Origin: Bacillota bacterium
GTDB taxonomy: Bacteria > Bacillota > Clostridia > Lachnospirales > Lachnospiraceae
Reading direction: 5' to 3'
Length of the DNA stretch: 32,000 bases
Assembly: GCA_023439125.1 (NCBI GenBank)
Contig: JAEXOU010000021.1
Location: forward strand, 1,146-33,145
The notes under the pieces are model-generated. The model did no database searches and was not told where the DNA came from. It was given only the letters and a program-made list of their open reading frames with translations. Of this stretch, positions 1 through 8,045 are shown piece after piece. The first letter of the stretch is position 1. Each line of letters begins with the position of its first letter. The translations under genes and the position numbers were made by a program.

Positions 1-476
1 TTGCAAATTCCATATATCTTTTTAATGTCTTCACATTTACCCATAGTTTCAAATACAGAACTAATAGGTATCGAACCACCTACAGTAGCATCATAGTGAA
101 AGATAGTTTGATGTTCTTTCACTGCAGCAACAATTTCTTCTCCGTAAATTGCGAGACACTTTTTACTCGACATAATGATAGCCTTTTTTTCTTGTATCGC
201 CGATAATAATAACTCATGAGTGAGCTCCACTCCATTACCACCAAGACATTCAATCACAATATCAGCATTCTCTATTGCATCATATGGATCGGTCGTTAAG
301 CATAATTTCGATACATCAATAGGACGGTTTTTCGTAATATCTCTTACAAATATTTTATCAATAATAATATTAACATCATATAATTTAGATATGGTTGAAG
401 TGTTTTTAGTGATATAGTCCATTAGTTTTGCACCTATCGTTCCCAATCCTAAAAAGGAGATCTTTAATGTAATCAT
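1..476 (-). CDS. hom: homoserine dehydrogenase, N-terminal ~158 codons (rest lies left of the window)
   Basis: Not in the ORF track because no stop codon falls inside the window. Reverse complement from ATG at 476 reads MITLKISFLGLGTIGAKLMDYI...NADIVIECLGGNG...IFHYDATVGGSIPIS. This gives a GxGxxG Rossmann start plus IExxGG and A(T/S)VGGxIP motifs, as in Bacillus Hom. GGTGAG SD lies about 4 nt upstream. Confidence 0.75.
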   Translation of the reverse strand, partial: MITLKISFLGLGTIGAKLMDYITKNTSTISKLYDVNIIIDKIFVRDITKNRPIDVSKLCLTTDPYDAIENADIVIECLGGNGVELTHELLLSAIQEKKAIIMSSKKCLAIYGEEIVAAVKEHQTIFHYDATVGGSIPISSVFETMGKCEDIKKIYGIC

Positions 477-568
477 GCTTCTCACCTACTCATTCTTGTT
501 TGTTTTTTTGTAATATTATGGTATCGTAAAGATGTTGATTAGTAAAATTCATAGATTTGATAGTATGA

Positions 569-583
569 TTCAATATTTTTGAA
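569..583. promoter_or_regulatory. perfect dyad TTCAA-N5-TTGAA in the hom/LysR divergent intergenic region (possible LTTR box)
   Basis: TTCAATATTTTTGAA at 569-583, read directly. It contains a T-N11-A arrangement about 36 nt upstream of the LysR start. Function is inferred only. Confidence 0.3.
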
Positions 584-618
584 GTATGAATGTAATACAA
601 GGAGTGAGAGGTATTATT

Positions 619-1506
619 ATGGAAATAAGAAATTTAATTACATTTCAAAAGATTTATGAGAACAAGAGTTTTTCAAAGGCAGCAATCGAGCTTGGGTACT
701 CACAATCAACAGTAACGATGCAAATGAAACAACTAGAAGGAGAGTTAAATGTTAGACTGTTCGATCGAATAGGAAAAAACGTGAGCGTTACAAGTGAAGG
801 GGAACGTTTCTTAAAGTATGCAAATGAGATTATAGCTTGTTCCAAGAATGCAATTGCAGATCTTAATACGGAATCCAAGCCAAGAGGAGAATTAAGAATT
901 GGAATTTTGGAATCGGTATGTACGGCATTTCTACCTCAGATACTACATCAATATCATATCACTTATCCAGAAGTTTCTACAGTCATTCAAATTGGTACAT
1001 TTGATGAACTGACAACAATGTTAAATGCGAATAAGGTTGATCTTTTATGGACCTTTGATCAACCATTACAGTTTATTGAGTGGCAAAAGGCATTTTATTA
1101 TGAAAGTTCAATATCAGTCATATGCTCACCAAAGAATAGGTTAAGTAAAATAAGGAGATTATCTATCTACGATATTAAGGATGAAACATTTATATTTACA
1201 GAGAAGAACTGTAGTTATCGAAAGGTATTCGAAGAATATCTAACTGCAACTGGAATTCAACCAAATATATTCTTAGAGATCGGAAATACTGAGATAATAA
1301 AAAAATTTGTTCAAGCAGATTTAGGAATTGCAGTATTACCTCATTTTACTGTATTAGAGGAGGTGGCGACAAACAAGATAAACATATTACATATAGAGGA
1401 TTATAAGCAACATATGCAAGGACAGCTGTTTTACCATAAGAATAAATGGCTGTCACCAGCTCTTTTACAGTTCATTCAATTAGTACAGGAGTATAAATTT
1501 GATTAA
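619..1506 (+). CDS. LysR-family transcriptional regulator
   Basis: ORF 586..1506. MEIRNLITFQKIYENKSFSKAAIELGYSQSTVTMQMKQLE is a typical LTTR N-terminal wHTH, and the ~295 aa length fits. Start moved to ATG 619 (GAGAGG SD at 606-611, 7-nt spacing); ATG 586 has no SD. Confidence 0.9.
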   Translation: MEIRNLITFQKIYENKSFSKAAIELGYSQSTVTMQMKQLEGELNVRLFDRIGKNVSVTSEGERFLKYANEIIACSKNAIADLNTESKPRGELRIGILESVCTAFLPQILHQYHITYPEVSTVIQIGTFDELTTMLNANKVDLLWTFDQPLQFIEWQKAFYYESSISVICSPKNRLSKIRRLSIYDIKDETFIFTEKNCSYRKVFEEYLTATGIQPNIFLEIGNTEIIKKFVQADLGIAVLPHFTVLEEVATNKINILHIEDYKQHMQGQLFYHKNKWLSPALLQFIQLVQEYKFD

Positions 1507-1519
1507 GAAGTAATGTATT

Positions 1520-2002
1520 TTAACTTGTCGGACGAGGCTTCTTCTTTCCAGTAAAGTTGTTTGTAACCACCTTCAAAATACACACGGAGTTTGCTTGGTT
1601 CATATTAAATTCAATTTCTTGATTCGCTTGATGCCTCATTAATAAAGAAAGTGCTTTACATTTTTCATCGGAATTTTCAACAAATTCAACATTACCAAAT
1701 CCAAGGATGCTAGAATAGTAGTATCCAGAATTGCATGGTGTTTTAGATGCAAAGATAGGTTCTCCTTCTAAACACATTTCGAAACATATAGTGTTATTTT
1801 TATGTAAGATGTTAATTTTACGACCTTCCTTTGCACAATGAAAATACAGAGTAAGTGTGTGGTCTTCTAATTCATAACAATAACTAAGAGGGATCACATA
1901 TGGATATCCATCATCTATCATAGCAAGATGACATGTTTTACAAGTAGATAGAATCTCTTGTAATTGGTTTGTATCAGTTAATTCACGATCAGCTCTTCTC
2001 AT
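1520..2002 (-). CDS. pyridoxamine 5'-phosphate oxidase-fold flavoprotein (Nim-like, COG3467 type)
   Basis: MRRADRELTD...GYPYVIPLSYCYE...LYFHCAKEGRK matches the conserved N-terminus of the PNPOx/Nim family. GGGAGG SD lies upstream of ATG 2002. Confidence 0.85.
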   Translation of the reverse strand: MRRADRELTDTNQLQEILSTCKTCHLAMIDDGYPYVIPLSYCYELEDHTLTLYFHCAKEGRKINILHKNNTICFEMCLEGEPIFASKTPCNSGYYYSSILGFGNVEFVENSDEKCKALSLLMRHQANQEIEFNMNQANSVCILKVVTNNFTGKKKPRPTS

Positions 2003-2026
2003 GATTTCAGCCTCCCAAAATATAAT

Positions 2027-2078
2027 AACTCCTGTTTCTAATCAATAAATTTTTTTTGTATGAAACAGGAGTTTTTTT
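2027..2078 (-). terminator. 12-bp hairpin (AACTCCTGTTTC / GAAACAGGAGTT) between the argC stop and the PNPOx-like gene start
   Basis: Arms at 2027-2038 and 2062-2073 with a 23-nt loop. T7 tract on the + strand side; AUUAUAUUUU on the - strand side. Confidence 0.55.
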
Positions 2079-2139
2079 GATTATTCGCTTACTTAAATAT
2101 CTGCTAACACTAGATTGAACAAGGATCTGTTCTATGTAG

Positions 2140-3087
2140 CTATAAGTTTAATCCCTTATTCTCTTCACAACCTAGCATAATGTTAAGGCACTGGATAGCT
2201 GCACCGGAAGCACCTTTACCTAGATTATCGAAACGGGATGATAATAAAATACGATCTTTATTACCTGTTACATAGATTTGAAGTCCATCCCATCCAGAGC
2301 ATCCATTACCACTTAAGAAGCCACGGTCTTCTGATTCACAACCAAAGGGCATAACTTTTATAAACTGTTGATTTTCATAGTAAGTTTCAAAGAAATTGTG
2401 GATAAGTTCAGGTGTTTGACAGCCACATAATAATTCATTATATAGTGGAAGAGAAACAACCATACCACTATAATAATCTGCAACAATTGGAGAGAAAAGT
2501 GGTTCTTTTGCCAATCCTGTAATTCGTTTCATTTCTTTTAAATGTTTATGTACCTGACTGAGTGCATATTCTCGAGGTGCACCATATTCAATCGAACGAT
2601 TTTTATCTTCATATTCAGCAATCATATTCTTACCACCGCCACTGTAACCGGTAATGGAGAAAGCAGCTACGGGATAGTCTTTTGGTAAGATTCCACCTGA
2701 AATTAAAGGATAAACAAGTGAAATTAGACCAGTAGCATGACATCCAGGTACAGCAATACGTTTTCCGGTTCGAATGGATTCTCTATGTTTAGCTGATAAT
2801 TCTGGGAAGCCATAGCTCCAACCATCTTCAGTTCGGTGTGCAGTAGAAGAATCAATGATTTTTACATTATCATTTTCAATCAATGAAACCGCTTCCTTAG
2901 CTGCGGCATCTGGTAAACAAAGAAAAGTGATATCGGATGAATTAATTAATTTTCTTCTTTCTTGTGTATCTTTTCTCAACTCTGGCGCAATTGTTAAAAG
3001 CTCAATATCATCACGTTTTTGAAAACGCTCATGAATTCTAAGCCCTGTTGTTCCCTCGCTACCATCAATAAATATTCTAGTTTTCAT
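2140..3087 (-). CDS. argC: N-acetyl-gamma-glutamyl-phosphate reductase (short, type-2 form)
   Basis: MKTRIFIDGSEGTTGLRIHERF N-terminus, active-site PGCHATG, 315 aa. AGGAGG SD upstream of ATG 3087. Confidence 0.9.
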   Translation of the reverse strand: MKTRIFIDGSEGTTGLRIHERFQKRDDIELLTIAPELRKDTQERRKLINSSDITFLCLPDAAAKEAVSLIENDNVKIIDSSTAHRTEDGWSYGFPELSAKHRESIRTGKRIAVPGCHATGLISLVYPLISGGILPKDYPVAAFSITGYSGGGKNMIAEYEDKNRSIEYGAPREYALSQVHKHLKEMKRITGLAKEPLFSPIVADYYSGMVVSLPLYNELLCGCQTPELIHNFFETYYENQQFIKVMPFGCESEDRGFLSGNGCSGWDGLQIYVTGNKDRILLSSRFDNLGKGASGAAIQCLNIMLGCEENKGLNL

Positions 3088-3136
3088 TTCAACCTCCTGT
3101 GTATAAATTTACAATAAGATGATTAATTATGTAATC

Positions 3137-3164
3137 ATTATAACTTTATTCTCTCATATGTCAA
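3137..3164 (-). promoter_or_regulatory. sigma-A-type promoter for argC (TTGACA-N16-TATAAT)
   Basis: Minus strand reads TTGACA (3164-3159), a 16-nt spacer, then TATAAT (3142-3137), about 50 nt upstream of the argC ATG. Confidence 0.65.
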
Positions 3165-3282
3165 TAATAAATATATGAGTATTATTTGAGAAGATATTAT
3201 GCATAGGAACGAATTGACGGATATTAAGTAATCAATGGGTAGTATAATCGATTGGAATAAAAGTTGATTGAACCAGATACAA

Positions 3283-3311
3283 TTGAATGAGAAATAGTTT
3301 TATGTTATACT
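3283..3311 (+). promoter_or_regulatory. sigma-A-type promoter (TTGAAT-N17-TATACT) at the head of the long region upstream of the GltD-like gene
   Basis: TTGAAT at 3283-3288, a 17-nt spacer, TATACT at 3306-3311. Confidence 0.55.
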
Positions 3312-3317
3312 ATCAAG

Positions 3318-3530
3318 GCAATAGAATGATGATATGTGTCACCTCCTACGTCTTAGGTTATGTGTTACAGTTTTTTATACTTAAGTCATAGAAGGTGATT
3401 TTTATATATTACGAAATTCCTCTGAATTTCCTAATATATAAAAGCTGCGCAGGATGCACACTACGCTACGGCGCGGAACAAAAGCTGTGCTTGTAAAAGT
3501 TACTCGTGAGAGGCTGCGAAGCACACTTTT
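3318..3530 (+). ncRNA. candidate structured leader or small RNA: four consecutive hairpins including a locally GC-rich island
   Basis: Hairpin 1 spans 3339-3398 (base TCACCT/AGGTGA followed by TTTTT). A 38-nt near-perfect palindrome lies at 3403-3440 (TATATATTA-C-GAAATTC-CTCT-GAATTTC-C-TAATATATA). A GC stem CTGCGC/GCGCGG lies at 3445-3476. A 12-bp stem AAAAG(C)TGTGCTT/AAGCACACTTTT lies at 3480-3530. Confidence 0.35.
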
Positions 3531-3603
3531 GATCTATTATAAGTCTTTTGAACTTCTTTGACTTAATAAAGAATTTACTATAACAAAGAGGAGGATGTCG
3601 CAT

Positions 3604-3621
3604 ATGCGACAGATTAAATAA
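3604..3621 (+). CDS. 5-codon upstream mini-ORF (MRQIK) whose stop overlaps the start of the GltD-like gene (TAATG)
   Basis: GGAGG at 3590-3594 lies 9 nt before ATG 3604. TAA at 3619-3621 shares its last A with ATG 3621. The main ORF has no SD of its own. Confidence 0.3.
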   Translation: MRQIK

Positions 3622-4850
3622 TGGAATATCTACACAGTGAAGCAGCTAGATGCCTAAAATGCAAAAATCCAAAATGCCAAAAGGGTTGCCCAATTGAAAC
3701 TTTTATTCCTGAGGTAATTCGATTATTTGAGGAGAATAAAATACATGAGGCAGGAAAGCTTTTATTTGATAATAATCCGCTTTCTGCAATTACTGCAATT
3801 GTTTGTCCTCATGAGGATCAGTGTAAAGGGAATTGCATACGTGGGATAAAAGGAGAACCGATTGATTTCCCAAAGATAGAAAGATATGTATCTGAAAAGT
3901 ATTTAGAAGAATTAACGATAGAGAGAGAACCAGACAATCATAAAAATATTGCTATTGTAGGTTCTGGACCAGCAGGAATAACCGCAGCAATTCTATTGGC
4001 ACAGAAGGGATACCGTGTCACAATATTTGAGTTAAGAGACCGGATTGGGGGTGTTCTTACTTATGGAATTCCAGAATTCCGTCTGCCAAGACGTATTGTT
4101 GAACATCTCGAAGCGAAATTAGTACAGCTTGGAGTGCGAATAAAACCAAACACGTTAGTTGGTCCAGTGATTACATTGGATAAGCTTCTTACAGATGGCT
4201 ATAGTGCAATTTTTATTGGTACAGGTGTATGGAGTCCAAAGACTCTTAACATTAAAGGTGAAACATTAGGACATTCCTTTTATGCGATTGATTATCTTAA
4301 AAATCCTAGTGTTTACAATTTAGGAAAACGAGTTTGTGTTATTGGTGCAGGTAATGTAGCAATGGATGCCGCTAGAACAGCAAAGTATTATGGATCAGAA
4401 GAGGTTATCGTTTGTTATCGACGTGACTATGAAGACATGACGGCTACAAAGCATGAGATTAAGGAAGCCCAGGAAGAGGGTGTGCAATTTGATTTATATA
4501 AGAGTCCAATTGAAATTGTTGAAGAAGGTGTAGTATTTATCTCAACGAGGAAGATTACAAAAGAGGACGGTAGTATATCACTTGAAACCATTCCAGATAC
4601 TGAGGAATTATTTCCATGTGACAATGTAATTATTGCTGTTAGTCAAATACCACAAAGACATATTGTAACAACAAGTCCTGAGTTAGAAACGAAGTATGGT
4701 TTATTAGTTACTGATTCTAATGGTCATACTACAAAAAAAGGAGTATTTGCTTGTGGAGATGTAGTTAGTGGTGCGAAAACAGTTATTGAAGCAGTTGTTG
4801 CAGCGAAGGCAGTAGCAAAAAGCATTGATGACTATTGTAAATCGTTATAA
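3621..4850 (+). CDS. GltD-family NAD(P)H-dependent Fe-S flavoprotein oxidoreductase (glutamate synthase small-subunit-like)
   Basis: N-terminal Cys clusters CLKCKNPKCQKGCP and CPHEDQCKGNC, FAD/NAD folds GSGPAGITAA and GAGNVAMDAA, C-terminal GVFACGDV. Confidence 0.85.
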   Translation: MEYLHSEAARCLKCKNPKCQKGCPIETFIPEVIRLFEENKIHEAGKLLFDNNPLSAITAIVCPHEDQCKGNCIRGIKGEPIDFPKIERYVSEKYLEELTIEREPDNHKNIAIVGSGPAGITAAILLAQKGYRVTIFELRDRIGGVLTYGIPEFRLPRRIVEHLEAKLVQLGVRIKPNTLVGPVITLDKLLTDGYSAIFIGTGVWSPKTLNIKGETLGHSFYAIDYLKNPSVYNLGKRVCVIGAGNVAMDAARTAKYYGSEEVIVCYRRDYEDMTATKHEIKEAQEEGVQFDLYKSPIEIVEEGVVFISTRKITKEDGSISLETIPDTEELFPCDNVIIAVSQIPQRHIVTTSPELETKYGLLVTDSNGHTTKKGVFACGDVVSGAKTVIEAVVAAKAVAKSIDDYCKSL

Positions 4851-4904
4851 ATAGGAAACATAATGTTCATTTAAGTAGACTATAAAAAAGATAAAACTAA
4901 GAAT

Positions 4905-4940
4905 ACAAAAACTATGGCACACGATTGTCATAGTTTTTGT
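4905..4940 (+). terminator. hairpin terminator after the GltD-like gene
   Basis: ACAAAAACTATG / CATAGTTTTTGT 12-bp stem with a 12-nt loop. The T-run is part of the 3' arm. Confidence 0.5.
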
Positions 4941-5040
4941 GCTATAATAAAGGAAGATAAATTACAAAGTATTGTTATAAAGGTTAAATGAGTGCGATAA
5001 AAGAGTTACATATAATAAAGTAAATAATGGAGATGATAGT

Positions 5041-5772
5041 ATGGAAGAAAAAGTGGAACAGTTATCTAGAATAATCAAAGAAACGAATAATATCGTATTT
5101 TTTGGAGGCGCTGGTGTATCTACTGCGTCAAACATTCCAGATTTCAGAAGCTCGACGGGCCTTTATAGTAAAAAACTAAATCGTAATTTTACACCAGAGC
5201 AAGCAGTTTCCCATACCTTCTTTCTACGATATCCGGAAGAGTTCTTTGATTTTTATAAACGGAATTTAGTTTATCCAGAGGCAAAACCGAATGACTGCCA
5301 TATTGCATTGGCTAAGTTAGAAGAGATGGGTAAACTAAAGGCAATTGTAACACAGAATATTGATGGTTTACACCAAGCAGCAGGAAGCAAGAAAGTATAT
5401 GAACTTCATGGATCAGTACATCGCAATTATTGTATGAAATGCCATGCATTTTATGATGCAGATTTTATTCTTCAATCAGAAGAAGTTCCAAAATGTATAA
5501 CATGTGGTGGTGTAATAAAACCAGATGTAGTTTTATATGAAGAAGGTTTAGACCAGGAGGTGATAACTGGGGCTATCAATGTAATTGCTAATGCTGACAC
5601 ATTAATAATAGGAGGAACATCTTTAATAGTTTATCCAGCAGCAGGGCTTATTGATTATTTTAAAGGAAAACATCTAGTGCTTATTAATAAAAGTACGACT
5701 TCAGCAGATTCAAAAGCAGAATTAGTAATCAACGATGATATTGCAAAGGTTATGAAAGAAGCAATAAAATAG
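5041..5772 (+). CDS. cobB: NAD-dependent protein deacylase, Sir2 family (CobB/SrtN type)
   Basis: GAGVSTASNIPDFRS, QNIDGLH, and a Zn ribbon CMKC...CITCGG. 243 aa with a single domain. Confidence 0.9.
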   Translation: MEEKVEQLSRIIKETNNIVFFGGAGVSTASNIPDFRSSTGLYSKKLNRNFTPEQAVSHTFFLRYPEEFFDFYKRNLVYPEAKPNDCHIALAKLEEMGKLKAIVTQNIDGLHQAAGSKKVYELHGSVHRNYCMKCHAFYDADFILQSEEVPKCITCGGVIKPDVVLYEEGLDQEVITGAINVIANADTLIIGGTSLIVYPAAGLIDYFKGKHLVLINKSTTSADSKAELVINDDIAKVMKEAIK

Positions 5773-5805
5773 CAATTTTTATGAGTTAAATTTGCTTTTT
5801 TTGTA

Positions 5806-5834
5806 TTGAGATATTAATCGTATCATGTTAATAT
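5806..5834 (+). promoter_or_regulatory. tkt promoter (TTGAGA-N17-TAATAT with a TG extension)
   Basis: TTGAGA at 5806-5811, TGT then TAATAT at 5829-5834, about 80 nt upstream of the tkt ATG. Confidence 0.55.
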
Positions 5835-5912
5835 GAGTATGATTATGCGTGACAGGTATTTATTGTAAGAAAGAGCGCATTGAAATATGAATGAATTGTA
5901 GGAGGAAAACAG

Positions 5913-7892
5913 ATGAGTAACATTGAGAATATGTCGGTTAACGCCATTCGTGTTTTAGCAGCAGATTCCGTACAGAAGGCAAATTCAGGACACCCAGGAC
6001 TTCCATTAGGATGTGCAGGCATTGCATATGAATTATGGGCTAAGCATATGAAACATAATCCTGCTAATCCAGATTGGGCAAATAGGGATCGTTTTATTCT
6101 TTCAGGAGGACATGGTTCAACTTTATTATACTCCTTATTACATTTATTTGGTTATGGTTTAACAAAGGAAGATCTGATGCAATTCCGTCAGTTAGATTCC
6201 TTAACACCAGGTCATCCAGAATATCGTCATACAAAAGGTGTAGAAGCTACCACAGGTCCTTTAGGTGCAGGTATGGCAATGGCAGTTGGTATGGCAATGG
6301 CAGAGGAACATCTTGCTGCAAAATTCAATAAAGAAAACTTTCCAGTAGTAGACCACTATACTTATGTACTTGGTGGTGATGGCTGTATGATGGAAGGTAT
6401 CTCTTATGAGGCATTTTCTTTAGCTGGTACATTAGCTCTTAATAAACTAATCGTTTTCTATGATTCAAACAAGATTTCAATTGAGGGAAGTACAGATATC
6501 GCATTCACAGAGGATGTTGTAAAGCGATTTGAAGCATTCCACTTCCAGACAATTGTAGTGGAAGATGGTAATAATCTAGAAGAGATTGGTAGAGCAATTG
6601 AGACTGCAAAGGCGGATAAAACTCGTCCAAGTATGATTTTATGCAAAACTCAGATTGGATTTGGTTGTCCAGCAAAACAAGGTAAGGCTAGTGCCCATGG
6701 TGAACCTCTTGGATCAGACAATGTACTTGCAATGAAAGAATGCTTAAATTGGCCATCTACAGAACCTTTCTATGTTCCAGATGAGGTATATGCAAACTAT
6801 AAAGCAATTGCTGAAAAGAAAGCAGAAGACGAAGTTGCTTGGAATGCAATGTTTGCTGAATATGCAAAACAATACCCTGAGATGAAGGAATTGTGGGACA
6901 AGGAGTTTAATCTAGATGTAGCAAAAGAGTTAATTAATAACGATGACTTCTGGAAGTATGATGAGAAGCCAGAGGCTACCAGAAACCTTTCTGGTGTTGT
7001 AGTCAACCGTTTAAAGGATTATGTTCCAAGCTTAATTGGTGGAGCTGCAGATTTATCTCCTTCGACAAAGACATATATGAAGGATGAGGGTGATTTTAGC
7101 AAAGATGACCGTCTTGGAAGAAACCTTCATTTTGGTGTTCGAGAATTATCAATGGCTGCAATTGGAAACGGTATGGTACTTCATGGACTTCGTGCTTATG
7201 TTTCAACCTTCTTTGTATTCAGTGATTATGTAAAACCAATGGCACGTTTATCTTCTCTTATGAGAATTCCAACTACTTATGTTTGGACACATGATTCCAT
7301 CGGTGTTGGTGAAGATGGTCCAACTCATGAGCCAATTGAACAATTAGCAATTTATAGAGCTATGCCGAACTTCCATGTATTCCGTCCAGCAGATGCAACA
7401 GAGACAATTGCAGCTTGGTACAGTGCGGTAACTTCGAAAGAAACTCCAACTGCACTTGTTTTAACGAGACAGAACTTACCACAGCTTGCTGGTTCCTCTA
7501 AGGAAGCATTAAAAGGTGGATATATCTTAGAAGATTCAGCAAAAGAAATTCCAGATGCAATCATTATTGCTTCCGGTTCCGAGGTATCTCTTGCAGTAGA
7601 AGCAAAAGCCGAGCTTGCAAAAGAAGGAATTGATGTACGCGTTGTAAGTATGCCATGTATGGACTTATTCGAAGAGCAATCGAAAGAGTATAAAGATAGT
7701 GTTCTTCCAAAAGAAGTTCGTAAGAGAGTTGCAGTAGAAGCATTAATTGGTTTCGGATGGGAGAAATATGTCGGTTTAGATGGCGCTATTATTTCTATGA
7801 CTGGCTTTGGTGCATCTGCTCCAGCAGCAACATTATTCGAGAAATTTGGATTTACAACAAAACGCGTTGTAGATACAGTTAAGAGTTTATAA
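5913..7892 (+). CDS. tkt: transketolase
   Basis: 659 aa. Contains SGHPGLPLG, GDGCMMEG (ThDP motif) and VGEDGPTHEPIEQL. AGGAGG SD upstream. Confidence 0.95.
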   Translation: MSNIENMSVNAIRVLAADSVQKANSGHPGLPLGCAGIAYELWAKHMKHNPANPDWANRDRFILSGGHGSTLLYSLLHLFGYGLTKEDLMQFRQLDSLTPGHPEYRHTKGVEATTGPLGAGMAMAVGMAMAEEHLAAKFNKENFPVVDHYTYVLGGDGCMMEGISYEAFSLAGTLALNKLIVFYDSNKISIEGSTDIAFTEDVVKRFEAFHFQTIVVEDGNNLEEIGRAIETAKADKTRPSMILCKTQIGFGCPAKQGKASAHGEPLGSDNVLAMKECLNWPSTEPFYVPDEVYANYKAIAEKKAEDEVAWNAMFAEYAKQYPEMKELWDKEFNLDVAKELINNDDFWKYDEKPEATRNLSGVVVNRLKDYVPSLIGGAADLSPSTKTYMKDEGDFSKDDRLGRNLHFGVRELSMAAIGNGMVLHGLRAYVSTFFVFSDYVKPMARLSSLMRIPTTYVWTHDSIGVGEDGPTHEPIEQLAIYRAMPNFHVFRPADATETIAAWYSAVTSKETPTALVLTRQNLPQLAGSSKEALKGGYILEDSAKEIPDAIIIASGSEVSLAVEAKAELAKEGIDVRVVSMPCMDLFEEQSKEYKDSVLPKEVRKRVAVEALIGFGWEKYVGLDGAIISMTGFGASAPAATLFEKFGFTTKRVVDTVKSL

Positions 7893-7914
7893 TAATCAAT
7901 AAGCAAGAAGCTTA

Positions 7915-7948
7915 AAACTTCAGCATCTTTTGGTGCTGAAGTTTTTTT
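7915..7948. terminator. tkt terminator, probably bidirectional
   Basis: CTTCAGCA / TGCTGAAG stem with an 8-nt loop. T7 on the + side and four U on the - side. Confidence 0.8.
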
Positions 7949-7950
7949 AT

Positions 7951-8001
7951 ATTATATTTGTCATCACATTTATAGCAAGTCTATTTCTGTGCAAAATGAC
8001 G
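7951..8001 (-). repeat. inverted partial copy of the intergenic repeat core (module X)
   Basis: Reverse complement reads CGTCATTTTGCACAGAAAT...ATGTGATGACAAATATAAT. It shares the boxes CGTYATTTTGCACA and TGACAAAYATAAT with 19938-19985 and 26349-26396. Confidence 0.6.
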
Positions 8002-8045
8002 AATGAGATTATAGAAACGTACTTTTGATACCTGAATCGTAATAG
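8001..8045 (+). repeat. module Y of the intergenic repeat (GAATGAGATTATAGAAACGTACTTTTGATACCTGAATCGTAATAG)
   Basis: About 80 percent identical by eye to 26420-26461 (GAATGATAGAAAAGTACTTTTGATACCCTAATGATAATATAG). Confidence 0.5.

Noticed and set aside
3326-3391. 21-codon hydrophobic ORF as a confident type I toxin gene
   Set aside because: It has only a 4-nt AAGG SD, which sits at the predicted 5' end of the transcript. Only a weak antisense promoter is present (TTAGGA-N17-TAATAT on the minus strand, roughly 3403-3431). Hydrophobic short ORFs also arise easily by chance in AT-rich DNA. It is mentioned only as an alternative within the structured-leader finding.
5041-5772. Sir2-domain protein as a possible anti-phage NADase (Thoeris/DSR/SIR2-HerA-like)
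   Set aside because: It is a 243-aa single-domain protein with the complete deacylase signature (GAGVS..PDFRS, QNIDGLH, CxxC...CxxC zinc ribbon). It has no fused or adjacent effector or sensor partner and sits between housekeeping genes. That is a standard CobB-type deacylase.
7352-7906. Long antisense ORFs inside well-supported genes (7352-7906, 23200-23652, 25782-26222, 25422-25706, 14431-14799, 220-417 and the shorter ones in the track)
   Set aside because: Each lies fully within, and antisense to, a gene with clear family motifs. None has an SD, and their low-complexity composition is typical of antisense frames.
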